Shown piece by piece: positions 13,601 through 25,974 of a stretch of 64,000 bases of DNA (positions within the stretch are counted from its first letter, which is position 1; each line of letters begins with the position of its first letter). Both the position numbers and the translations under genes were made by a program. Below the pieces are notes generated by a model. The model was not told the origin of the DNA. It worked only from the letters and a program-made list of their open reading frames with translations, and made no database searches. The stretch lies in contig NC_081333.1 in NCBI RefSeq assembly GCF_022539665.2, positions 11,408,001 to 11,472,000 of the forward strand. The letters are read 5' to 3'. This DNA is from Daphnia carinata (Eukaryota).

Positions 13601-16600
13601 CTTCGGTGATGGAAAGTTTGCGCTTGGCACCGATGATGAGCCCGCGTTCCATAGCGGCTACAAAGTCCATTTCGGCGCTGGTCGAGGGGTCAATGGCCAT
13701 GCCAGAAGTCGAGTCAATGATGCCCATTTTGATGGCATCGGCAAGACTGAGGATGTCAGACGAGCGCGGGTCTTTGACCGTCAGGGCCGATTTTTGAATG
13801 AATCCCTTCTGAATGGCTGTGTGTAGTGTAATCTTATCTCTGCCGGCCATAACGAACAGGCCGGTTTCGCGTTCGTACAGTTTATGGGCCAAAGCCTCTT
13901 GCAGCGACCACGCTTTGTGTAGAGGGATGATCTTTTTCTCTTCAATAGCTTGGTCCAGTCTTTGACCTTCCAACGAATCGGCTGCTTCTTCTAGGGAAAT
14001 GTAACTTTCATCCTCTTGCCGGACGCGGGCAGATGAACCGTCAATTAAACCGCTAGCGATCGACTCGCGTAGGCTCTCCTCACTGCCGGTAAAAGGATTG
14101 GAGAATTTGCCCGTTTCGGGATCGTACAGTCCGTCATGAACGGCGTCGAAGAGGCTCATCGTCGTCGTTTGAGTAGATATAAGTCCTTGTTTGAATGCCG
14201 TGACGAAATCCAGCCATTGGCCGGTAGCCGTGTTCATCAGACGGCCCTTTGCGCTGTCCACTAATCGGCTTTCGAGGGCCTCTTCCAACGATATCACTCT
14301 CTGTCGTTTCGTGTCATGAATTTCGGAGATGAAGGCGTCTATCAGGCCCCACTTGACCGTCTCTTCGATCGTTAAGGCCTTCTGACACACGCTTTCGGTT
14401 ATCCTTCCACTGTTGCCATTTAACGACCCGTTGCGAATGGCCGCCTCCAGCGCAATGGCTCTCCTTTTGGGCTGAAGAAGACCCGACTGGACGGCTTTAG
14501 CAAAGTCCATCGGTTTGGCATCTTCGTTCTGTATGACGATGCCCGCCAACGGGTTAATCCATCCACGCTGGGCGGCTTGAATTAGACTGAGATCCTCTCC
14601 GGTGCTGAACGATCGAACGATAACCGAATCCGGATGAACATAATGATGGCGAATGGCGACGGCCAACTGGACTGGCTTCTTCAATTTGGGCAAATTTAAA
14701 AGGCCACTGTCTACTGTATACCAGCCCTTGTTGATAGCGTACTTAAAGGTGATCGGATCACCCAGGTGGGCTCGATGAGCCGCCGGGCTGGCTTCGATCC
14801 AACCGAGTTGAACGGCTTCGTAAAAGGCAATCTTCTTTCCCTTTTTCGGATCGATCATGTGGCCCGTAACTGGATCTACGAGCCGTTTGTCAAGAGCCTC
14901 GTCCAGCGTAACAACGCTATTGCAACGGACGTCTTTGATCAATATCTCTTTGCCATCCAGGATGCCAAGGGCCGTGGCGTCTGCTACCCGGATCGGGTCC
15001 CCCGTCTCAACGTCGACAAACAGCTCTCCTGATGGATCGTAGAAACCCTGTTCGATGGCGAAATCTCTGTCCAGGATGTCGACGGGAGAGACGTGAAGGT
15101 CAGGCTCGCCAACCAAATGAATCTGATCGTTTTCTTCGATGGATATGATGGCCGTTGGCGTCGCTAAATTCTGACGGAGCGCTTCGTCGACGGACATCCA
15201 CGATTTCCGGACGACTAGCTGAGCCTGAGAGGCGATCCTTTCCTCTTTTAAAGCGTTGCGAATGGACGTCCGTCGCGAACGGAAAACGAGAACGGGCTCG
15301 TTGGCTTCTCTACCGGAGACGGGCGATAGATTGAACAAGACGGGCATGGAATCAGAGTCTTGGCCGGGCATTTCGGGGACGCCCAAGACGGCCACAAGAC
15401 CCATACGGACGGCTTGGTTGAATGGGAGAGCTTTACCCGATTGCTGGTATTCGCCATTGGGTCCCAAAAGGCCACTTCGGATGGCCTGCTGGACGCTGAT
15501 CATTTGCTGACTGTTGGTATCGTAGATGAGCGTTTCGGCCGTCATCTTCGAGCTGGTCTTGTTCAGTCGGACGTCACTGTAGCCATCCAAACGCAGCCAG
15601 CCTTCTTTCAGGGCTAGATTGATGGTCATTCGTTCGTGAGTTCCAGGCCGCGTGAACGTGCCCGATGCTAAATGAACGAACCCTTCTGAAACGGCCTCCT
15701 GGAATGAGAGTTGTTCGGCTTGAATACCGACGATGAGGCCAAGTCTTGCAGCTTTTTCAAACGTCATTATCCGGCCAGTCCGCTCGTTCTTGACTTGATC
15801 GCCACCGATCAACGTATAGCCGGGCACGCACTGGACGTTCCGCGTGATTAGCGTTTCGGTAGAAACAAGAGTCTCATCATGCCGTGTCGACTCGCTAGAT
15901 GACACGACTGTAGAATGATATTGAACTGGCCGTTTGATGACCAGCACGCCTCGTTCTAGAGCTTCGGTCACGCTCATCTTCCGTCCGGACATGTCAGTGA
16001 AGGTTTGACGGTCAACATCCAGCATCCGCTTTTCGATGGCGCGTCGGAGGAGGACGTACTCCGGCGCGGCAGGGTACGGTATGGCCATAATCAAATGAGC
16101 GTCAATGGCCTGATCGAGCGGCATGCGACGTCCAGTTGATGGATGAATCATTTCCAGAGTGGACGCGTCAATCAGTTTACGATCGAGCGCGACGGGTAAA
16201 GTAAGGCCGACAGGTGGCACTTGCGGCGCCCAGATGCGTGGCGATGGTAGGTAGAGTTGACGGGTCGCAACAGCTTCCATCATCGAGACGGACCCGTTGG
16301 CCGTTTGGACATCGCCGTTCTTCTCATCCACCAAACCGATGGTGATGGCCAGCGAAAGAGGGACGGACTTGCGCTCTTCCGAACGTGCGTCCACCACTTG
16401 CGTTTGGGGATCGATGATCTCACACTGGACGGCTTCCGCCAGGCTTAAGGGACTGCCGTTTTCCGGATGGACGAAACAGCCGGAATGCTGATCGTAGAGA
16501 CCTCTTTCGACGGCTTCCGTTACGGAGACACTGGACGCGACGGGAAATTGCATTTCGCCCGTTTCATCGTCCAGCACACCGCGATCGAGCGCTTCGCGTA

Positions 16601-19600
16601 GTGTCAACTGCTGTCCACGTAGGACGTCGCTAATGGCGCCCGTCGTTCCAGCATCGATTTTCTGTTGCTTGATCAACGCCTCAACCGAAGAGGAAGGCAC
16701 TTCGAGTAGCTCGGCCGTCTGGGCGTCCACTAAGCCGCGGATGGCCGCCTCGCGGGGTTTCATCACTTTGCGGCGGATGCGTTGCAATTTGCCCGGTTCT
16801 TGCTGAACGGACCGGGCGCGGCCGATAGCGACGCTGAATTTCGGTTCGGTCGTAATCTTCGAGCGGGTCTGCTGGGCAAGCGACGCTTTTCGATAGTCGC
16901 TGCCGTCCAACGGGATGCCAGCCAAATCCATTAGGCGATAGGGGACGGGCTTTTGTTCCTGGATCAATTCGACCAGGCGCTTCTCCGTTACGATGCCTTG
17001 ATCGAGGCCGTCCTTGACGGGCAATTGTTTGCCCGTAGTGGCATCCGACATGACGATGCAAGAAAGCAGTTCGGCACTCAACTTCGGCTGTTGCTGGTCA
17101 GTGACTTTGGCCGCTAATTGCGTGATGGTTTCAATGTCCAGGACGTGACGTTCCAGCGCGCTCTCCCATGTTACTTCCGCACCCGTAAAGGGATCGATGA
17201 GTTTGACGCGCAAATCTTTCCACGCATTCGAAGACTTGTCCACTTCCATCGCCGCTTCTGGTTCGCTGGCAGGCCGGCCGATGACGTTGATGACTCCGAC
17301 TTGAATAGCGTCCAACAGCGACAGGGTCCTTCCGCCAGAATATTTGTAGTCGCCCGTCTCCTTCGAAACGATGCCTTTGCGGATGGCTTCGGTCACGGAC
17401 AATTCTTTGGCGGGCGAGGTCGGATCGCGCACCTTCACTTTGCTCGGCTGGACAACGTTGCGCTTCAAAGCTTCCAGCAAATTCAGCGTCTCTTTGGTTT
17501 CATCCATCGAAACGATTCCGCTGGACGGCGCAAAAATCACTCCGCGCGCTAAGCGGATGTCTTGCAAATCGGGCGGAGGCAGGTCGTCAAACGGCGATCC
17601 AGCATCCACGCTCTTATTCCGGCTTGATTCTCGACGTGTTGGCGACTCGGACGCCGGCGGTTTCATCTTTGGCGGCGATCCTTCGATGGAGGACTGACGT
17701 TCGCGACGCGGAGAGAATCCGCGCTTGACGGTGGATGAAGGAGAGACGCTTTCATCGTCGACAAAGATGATGATGTAACGATTCAGAGCTTCGCGGATGT
17801 TGAGCGGTTTGGAACCCGTTTCTTTGTAATGGCCCGTCGAGGTCAGGATCCTCTTCTCGAACGCGCGACGTATCGGGATGTAATGTTTGGTGGCCGGATC
17901 GAGAACGGACGCCGAATCCGGTCGGATGATGCTGAAAAGGATGCACTCTTCCAGCGAGACGAGTCGATCGGTGCCCGGCACTGCAAACAGTCCCGTGTTC
18001 GTGTCCAGATATTTCTTTTCAATGGCCACTTTGAGCGGCCAGCCAGTTAAGGGTGGATCGTTTTCGCTTCCGGTAGACGGACGTCGCGGAGGCAAAAATT
18101 CCATTCCTTCGGACAGGAGCAGGCCCCTTTCAGAGGCTTCTTCTAACGTCATGGTGGCCCCGTGGGGCCGTTCAACGTACAGGCCGGACGGCATAATGAT
18201 GCCTTCGCTGAGGGCTTCGGCCAGCGTTAGAGGCTCGCCCGTTTGGCTATCTACCACAGACTTAGTCGAGTCTACGTCCAGCAGTCCAGCTTTGGCTGCT
18301 CTGAGGAGGTTCCAGCTGACGGCCCGAAGGGACGACGACAAAGGATCGACAATCGTTCCGTCTGCATTGACCCATTGCCTTTCGACGCATTCTTTCAAAG
18401 TCAGCGGTTTGACAATCAGCTGATCACGCATGGCCGTTTCCCACGTGATGGACTTAACGGAATCGACTTTCAATGTGCAACAGACGGGATCGACTACGCC
18501 CGAATCGATGGCTTCGCCTAACGTTATTCTGCGGCCGTTCGGGTCTACGATAGTGGCAATTTCAGTCTCAATCATTCGGCGCTCAATGGCCTCGGACACT
18601 GGGACCCGCTGGTCGCGATAATTAAACATTCGTGTTTGGGGATCGATAAGGCCCTGTCGGAGGGCATCGTACAGGTGGGTGGATCGACGACGCAAACCCA
18701 CGCTAACCAGTTCGGAGACGACGGCCTCGTGGAGCGAGCACCTAACGCCTTTTTGGGGCACAGTCACGACGGCCGTATCGTAATCAATCCAGCCGAGCTG
18801 GAGCGCTTCGACTAACGAGGGCGGGCCGGTCCTAACTACACCTAATGCAACCAGGGTGCTTACCTTGTCTCTGAGGAGAAGGCCCGCAAGGAGCGCCTCC
18901 TCGGCCGTGACGGGCTCGCGCGTCTGCGGATGGACGAACCCGCCGCGGCTCGGGTCGTAGAGGCCGAGCTGAATGGCCTGCATCAGGGAGATGCCCTGAC
19001 CCGTTCTGGGGTCTCTTAATCCTAGCGAGGGTTGGAGGAGTGCGGATGCGACCGTCGGGTCGACCAGTCCTTGACCGGCCGCCTCCGACAGCGTCAGAAC
19101 ATTTCCCGTCACCGGATCGATGTAAGCGCCGCGCTGCAGATCCAGCAGGCCCGTCTGGATAGCTTCCGTCAGAGTCAACTGCTGGCCCGTTTTGCGGTTG
19201 GCAAAGTAAGGAGTGTTGGACAAGCTTTGAGTCACGGAAGAGGTGGTTGTGCTGGTGGTGGTAGTGCCAGAGGACATGCACGACGAGACGATGGTTTGCG
19301 ACTGACGTCGGGACGAGTCGGCCGACGTCCGGCCGTTGCTTCCACTGTCTCGCCGCACCAACGTCGTCGTCGTCGACGACACCCGAGTGCTCATCTGCTG
19401 CTCAGAGTCGATGTAGACGGTCGTGATGGAAGGGCGACGCGGTGGGCTGGACGACCTAGAAGGCCCAAAAACAGAAACAAATGAATACATTTTTCTTTTT
19501 TCTAATGAAAGTGAAAAATTGTGAACCTGCCGAATTATCTAAAGGAAAAAAAAAAAAAAAAAAAAAACCTGTTTTTGTTTTGTCTTGCCTCCCTCTCCCT

Positions 19601-20380
19601 CGCTAAACCTTTCACGTGATACACACCCATCATTAAAATTCTTTGACATTCTCTGGGCCGAACTCACAAATTCTTGACATGTGAGGGCCGTCACCTTCGC
19701 TGGGTATTTTATTTATTTATTTATTTTTTTTTTCGCAAAAAAAAAAAAAAAGGATTAACACCCAAACGAATGGTGGCCGTAAACAAAAGAAGCTAACACT
19801 CACTACAATCACAAGGTTGTTTCCCCAAAAATAGGCATAATTTTTTTTTCTTTCTTTCTCTATCCTCTACATCTCTTTCTAGTCATCTATCTTCTTGTAT
19901 TTCAGGTGATCACGTCATCTCTCTATTCAACTCTCTCTCTCTCTTTCTCTCTCTTCGGCGAGAGACAGAAGAAAAAAAAAAAACTAAATTCATCAAACAA
20001 GAAAAAAAAAAAAAAAAAAGGAACCCGTAAGGCAATGCGTTGGCGATTGAGGAGGCCGTATAGGGTTACTACACTTATCGTACTACTATATACACCTCAA
20101 CCCAATAGCACATGTCTCTCTGACATAACCAACGGGATAAAAAAAAAAAAAAAAAAAAAAATGTCCATGGTGTGTATGTGTGTGTGTGTGTGTACGTACC
20201 ATGGTGAACTCCACCCAATGAGCGTGAGACCTGTGAAGAAAACTGAAGGAGCCACCCCTCCCTATCACACATCCACACCCTAATTCTTTTAAGGTTTTCA
20301 CCTCTCTAACCCAGCCCTTTATTGCCGTCCTTGTCCAGCATCAAAACTAATGGTGAAATAGCATCTTTAAGACAAAATCA

Positions 20381-20422
<42 letters not shown>

Positions 20423-21082
20423 AGATTTTCATTTCTCTGCTAAAAAGAAAAAGCCAAAATGGAAATAAATAAAAAATTTCCCGTGTAAAGTAATCAAGAA
20501 ACCGTGCACGGTTGTGTGGTCATGTGTGCTAGCTACAGCTTGGCTGTACTCCTCCCTTTTCTTTTCAAATGGGGCGGCTGTGTTGGAACACAAGGCGACG
20601 AGCCATAAAATGTTTTTCCACCAAAAGAAAACGACGGAGCTGCTGCGCAAGAAGACAGACAACACAACAGAGAGAGAGTAGCGGTGCTGATGGCCTTTTA
20701 AGGTGGTGAGCTCTCCCCCCCCCCCCCCTCTCTTTCTTCGTTCGTCCACACACACACACACACACACACACGTATGCATACACTATGTGTCAGGACATAT
20801 GTGGGGCTGGCTAAACAAAAATTTTCTATAAGCTCAAATTCCCCTTTTTGGATTCTTTTCTTTCTTCTTCCATGACGACAGAGAAGACATCACACATCAT
20901 CCGTCGTCCCCGTGTCCCCTCTTCTTTTTCTTTCGCTTTATCAGGCCACTTAAATCTGGAATTCTCTCTTTTTCTAGCACGCAATGTTTAGCGCATACGT
21001 CTCATACATATAAAAAAAAAAAAGAACGATTGTAAAATACAGTCCAAACAAATAAAACTGAAAGATTAGAAGAGATAAAATA

Positions 21083-21115
<33 letters not shown>

Positions 21116-23291
21116 TTAACTAACAAGACAACACTTACATTGACGTCTTCGGCGCGTACGGGATGGAAGGCATGTCGTTTTCGTCGTGGCTTTCGTTATC
21201 GCTGCTGCCGCCGCACAGGTGCAGCTCGTTCAGGTACGTGTGCAGCACCGGCCTCTCCGCCAGGCATCCAACATCGAACTGTGCGCGCGCGTGTTTTCCC
21301 CCACCCCGATTGAGCGTTCCGCGCGTCCAGATGATCCGCGATCCCGGGTTCAGGATTTTAGATGGACGTACAGGTACGTGGGGAAAAAGGGCGCGAGATT
21401 GGGGGAGTAAACAGGTGAGAGTGTGTGACAGATGGTGTGTAGTGTTTTGATTTTTTGTTTTTGAAATGGCGGTGCGCGGCAGCGGGTGAAGATGATTGGC
21501 GTGAATAAATGCAGCAGACGAAAAAAAAAAAATAAATGGAAAAAAAACAAAACACGATTATAAAAAAAAGCTGTGAGGTTCGTTGGCGAGCTTCGTGATT
21601 GAGTAACCGAAGACAGCGGGACAAAATAAACGGAAGGGACGGGGCGGAGAGAAGAAGAGAAAAGGAGAGCGGCGATTTGTGTTTTCTTTGTAATTCGACA
21701 CTGAATAAAGTGAACAACTGATCGAGTGCCACGACAGCGATCGACTGGCAACAAACTCGTCCTCGCCGAGACACACACACACACACACGGGGGCAGAGAG
21801 ATAAAATGAAATGTGAAATGAGAGCGCGCTAGCGAACCCCACACGCACGCAGCGGCGGGCGCAAATGGTGGAAGCGCCCTTTTAGCGAACACACAACTCC
21901 ACCTCGTTTACATTTATGGGCATCAACCAGCAGACTATGCCAAAAAAAAAAAAAACACTCAATTCTTCCCCTTCTCTCCATCTCCTCTCAATCTCCTTCT
22001 TTATTCTTCTGTCCATGTCTCTTTTTCTTTTATTCCCTGCGATTGATTTCAAGCTGAGAGTTTTTTCGGTGACACGTTTTAAACCACCTAAAGCTCCTTC
22101 TTTTTTCGTTTCGCCCACCTTCTTTTGACTTCTTCCTATTTGGCCCAGTTTTTTTTGTTGTTTTTTTTTTTTTTGTTTTATTTCTCTTTTTCTTTTTGAA
22201 ATAAATACCGGACTGGCTTCATTTGCATATGTGTATCTGGTGACTTCATTTGCTTTGCGTTGTATCTGGGACTGTGCGTCTGTTGAATTTCTCATTTTTT
22301 TTTTTTTTTTTTTTTTTTACAATACGCCGAGATTAATTTAGAAGATTAAAAGCGGAGCCCTTGCTTTATTCCTCAGAAAATGTCTTTCTCTTCGTCTCGA
22401 CTGTTCCTTTCTTTTTGGGCGAGGGGTGTGTGTGTGTGTGTCTATGTGTCTGTATAGGGGGGGAGGACGCAAAAATGGAGGGGAAATAATTTCGTGATTG
22501 TTATCAGATCGGAATGATGGATGGCGTCATCCACAGCTAAAGCCCTTCCTATCTTACGGCCATAGATAATGACGATTTTTTTCCGACTAACGAACGATGT
22601 CGTGGTTCGTTTGATTAGATCAACGCCAAACAAAACAAACAATAGCGTAAACAGAAAACTACACCAAACAATAACATCATTACGTAAAAAAAAAAAAAAA
22701 AAATATATAAATAAATAAATAAAGAAAAGTGGGGCCATTACCTCAAACTCGTCCAGATCCTGCTGGATCAAATCGTAGAGCTGCTGCAAGCGACGCTGCA
22801 GGGCGTCGACCAGCTCTTCGTAGCGGCCGTTGAGGTCGTCCAGATCGCGAGCCACGTACTCGGCCGCTGTGGCCTGACCTCTCGCCCGTCTCACAATTCC
22901 ATCCCAGCTGGGCTGGAATTCTTCCAGAGCCGTGCGGTAGCTCTTGAGTCGGATGTCGTAGATCTTCATTGTTGTTTTTTTTTTGTTTTGTTTTGTTTGT
23001 TTTTTTTTTTTTTTTGCGTGACGATGTTGAGGAGGGCAGTTGCATCGGTTTTTGTTTTGATTCGTTTCGATTTTTTGAGGGGGAGGGCGGACGATTTTGT
23101 TTTGGCGGCGTTGGGCGTTGGTTGGTGGGGCAGATGGACATAATTTCGTTGAGCGCGTAGAATATCGGGAGACCAAGGTAAAGGGAAAAAAAAAAAAAAG
23201 AGGGGGAGGGCATAAGAGACGGAGGTTAGTAAAGCCACGTTGTTAATTAGCGCGTTGGACAGATTACGAGATAAGAGCATGTGTTGTTGTA

Positions 23292-23327
<36 letters not shown>

Positions 23328-25940
23328 GGAGCGAAGAGAAAGAGAAGAATCATAAATAATCGACAGATTGTAGAAGAGAGAGTTATGTTGATCGTAAAAG
23401 AACCGAGAAAATGATTTTCAACATCTACATCGACTGTTTTTCGTTTTTAAAGGTTTTGAAGCGAGTTTTTTTTTTCGGTTATTTTTCAATGGCACAATGA
23501 TGAATGAAATGACGGCTGTAGGGCGTTGCCTCAGACATGATTTTTTTTTTTTTAAAACATGTTTTTAAGTGCGTGGTGGATAGTGCGCGGGCAGTAAATT
23601 GCTCAAGCTGGAGGTGTGAGATTGCGTTAGACATGTTGTGTTGTTCTTTTTTTTTTTTTTTCACGCATTTTTCACGCGTGTCTAGGTGTGGGCCAATGCG
23701 GGAAATATGGTCAAGTATTTCTCGCTTTTCTTTTCTTTTTTTTTTTGCTGCCCTTTCTATGTGCGTGTCTTTGTTTGTAAATCAACAAGTGTTATCTGAC
23801 ATGTCATTCACGCGGAATTTCGCCCTTAATCATCGAGATAATAACATCAACCATAACGACAGCGCGGTGATAAACAGCAGCGACTAGGACTAAACAGAGC
23901 GCGAAAATGGTTCGAATTCGGTCTTACCTTTGCCTCGCGGATAAGACGCGCTCCGAGAATGTTGGCCTCGTCCATCGACGGTTTCTTGGCCGCCACGCCG
24001 TTGTACAGTTTCTAGTAGAAAAATTGGTACGTACGTTAACAACCATTTGACTTTGGCCAACAACAAACAAAGTTTTGAAACGATGACGATTCATTTGTTT
24101 TTGCTCATGGCAAGAAAACAATTTTTCGTTTCTTAAATAGGGGGAGAAAAAAAAAAAAAAAAATAAATATTAAACGTTTCAATACCGCCGTGCTCTCCAG
24201 CTGGGCTTTGGCCTGCACGCCGTTCTCGACGGGCGGCATTTTGCTGACAGTCTCGCTCATGGCATCCATCCACGTGTGATTGACCTGCGTCATGGCGGTG
24301 TACCTCTCCAAGTGCTCGAATGTCGTCTCGCAACTCTGCAGCCTGTTATTTCCGGAATAACATTCAAAATTATGAAATTGAAAAATAAGAAAATTGAATT
24401 CCCAGTTTGTTTTTTGTTTTTTTTTTTTGTTTTTGTTTTTTTGGTTACCGTTCGACAACTTGGGTGCAAATGTTGCTCCATCTGGTGACGATCGTCTTGA
24501 CTTCGGATTCCAGTCGGTCGACGTCCGGGTGTTTACGGATGGTGGCGTTGACGGATTGGCGCGATCTGACCACCAATTGGCGGACAGTGCCCGCTTCCTC
24601 GGCCAGCTGGTCGATGACGCCTTGCTGCTCCTGGATGTTTTGCTGCATGTCGACCAGGTCGTCGTGGACCTTGCGCAGAGCGTCCGGCTCGGACGGCATG
24701 TTCTCGCAAGAGGCCAACTGGATCTCGAGACGAGACACGAATTTGGTGGCCTCGTCCAGGCCGTTGAGCACGATCTCGGCTCCCTTGAGACGCTCGATGT
24801 ACAGCTGGGAATTCTGCCAGATCGTGTTCCATTTGGTGATGCACGAGTCCAACCTATCAAAATGAAATTTAGAATTAGAAATCATCTGATGAGAAAACTT
24901 CAAAGATAAAATAAGACTTTGTTTGCATCGAGGGCGTCTTCCTCGGGCAGGCGTCCACGTTCTCCTTGGCCGACTCGAGTTCGGGCTGGAGCGACTGCAA
25001 ATTCGTCTCGAAATGTTTGTGCTCGACCACCAGCTGCTCGAGTTGATCGAGATCTCGGGGCAAAGGAGCCGTGATGCGGCTAGTCAGGGTCCTCTCCGAC
25101 TCTTCCAATTGGACGAGCAGGGTCGTCAACTGATCGCCGATGGCCCGTTGGCTCAACTCGGGCCGGTTGCCCATAGCGGCGCGCCTCTCGAATTCATCAA
25201 ACAGCTGGTTGACTTCGTCGATTTCGCGCTGGAGGCGTCGCAACTGCGGGTCGTTCGGGTCTCCCTGCTGCAGGAGTTTCTCCGCGTCCTCGTTGAGCGC
25301 TTTGCGGATGGCATCGCGCTGGTCCTTGCCCATGGCCATGAACTGAGACAAATCCCAGCTCTTGACCACTTTGATCGTGGCGAAGATCATGTTCTGACTC
25401 ATGCGCATCTGCTTCTTCAGCCAAAGGGCTTCGCAACGGTCGTACTGGCGTTTCAAACGCTCGGCGGCTTCCGTGGCTTCGGGATCCGGCGGCGGGATCA
25501 AGAGGCACACGCTCGGCACTTGACATTCGACTCCGTTGGTGGTAACGACCTTCCATTTCGTCTTTGACGAGTTATTGACCAATTTGCACACCTCGTCCTT
25601 GCCGATAGTGACCTACGAAAGCGAGCGCAAAAACAAAAGAAGAAAATGCTTAGAATTCTTAAGAGAAGACGATTGGTGTTGGATAATACGCACTTCGACT
25701 TGTTTGTAGATGCAAATGGACGTGACGGTGATGGGCTGCCGGAGAGACGAGCGTCTCTGTTTGAGAGGGACGACTTCCCGACTACGCTCGTAAAGGGCCT
25801 CAACGACGCTGCTGTAATGGCTCAAGTCTTCGCGCAGGTCTTGCATCTCTTTCAAGAGTTTCTCGCCTTCGTCCAGCGTGAATTCGCTCTGGCTGTAGGT
25901 GCTATTCAACAGCTGGTCTTGTCTGTCGTAGCGAATAGAG

Positions 25941-25974
<34 letters not shown>

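Noticed and set aside
101..19484. Many plus-strand and off-frame ORFs overlapping shot exons
   Set aside because: They are antisense or shifted-frame shadows of a long coding sequence and show no recognisable motifs.
11064..19490. 2808-aa ORF as a standalone epiplakin-like gene
   Set aside because: Both ends read into intron sequence, and proper in-phase splice sites at 19455 and 11253 make it an internal shot exon.
20988..21057. Acceptor-like site 80 nt after the 21139 donor giving a short hydrophobic tail and a stop
   Set aside because: The peptide comes from low-complexity T-rich sequence and has no independent support.
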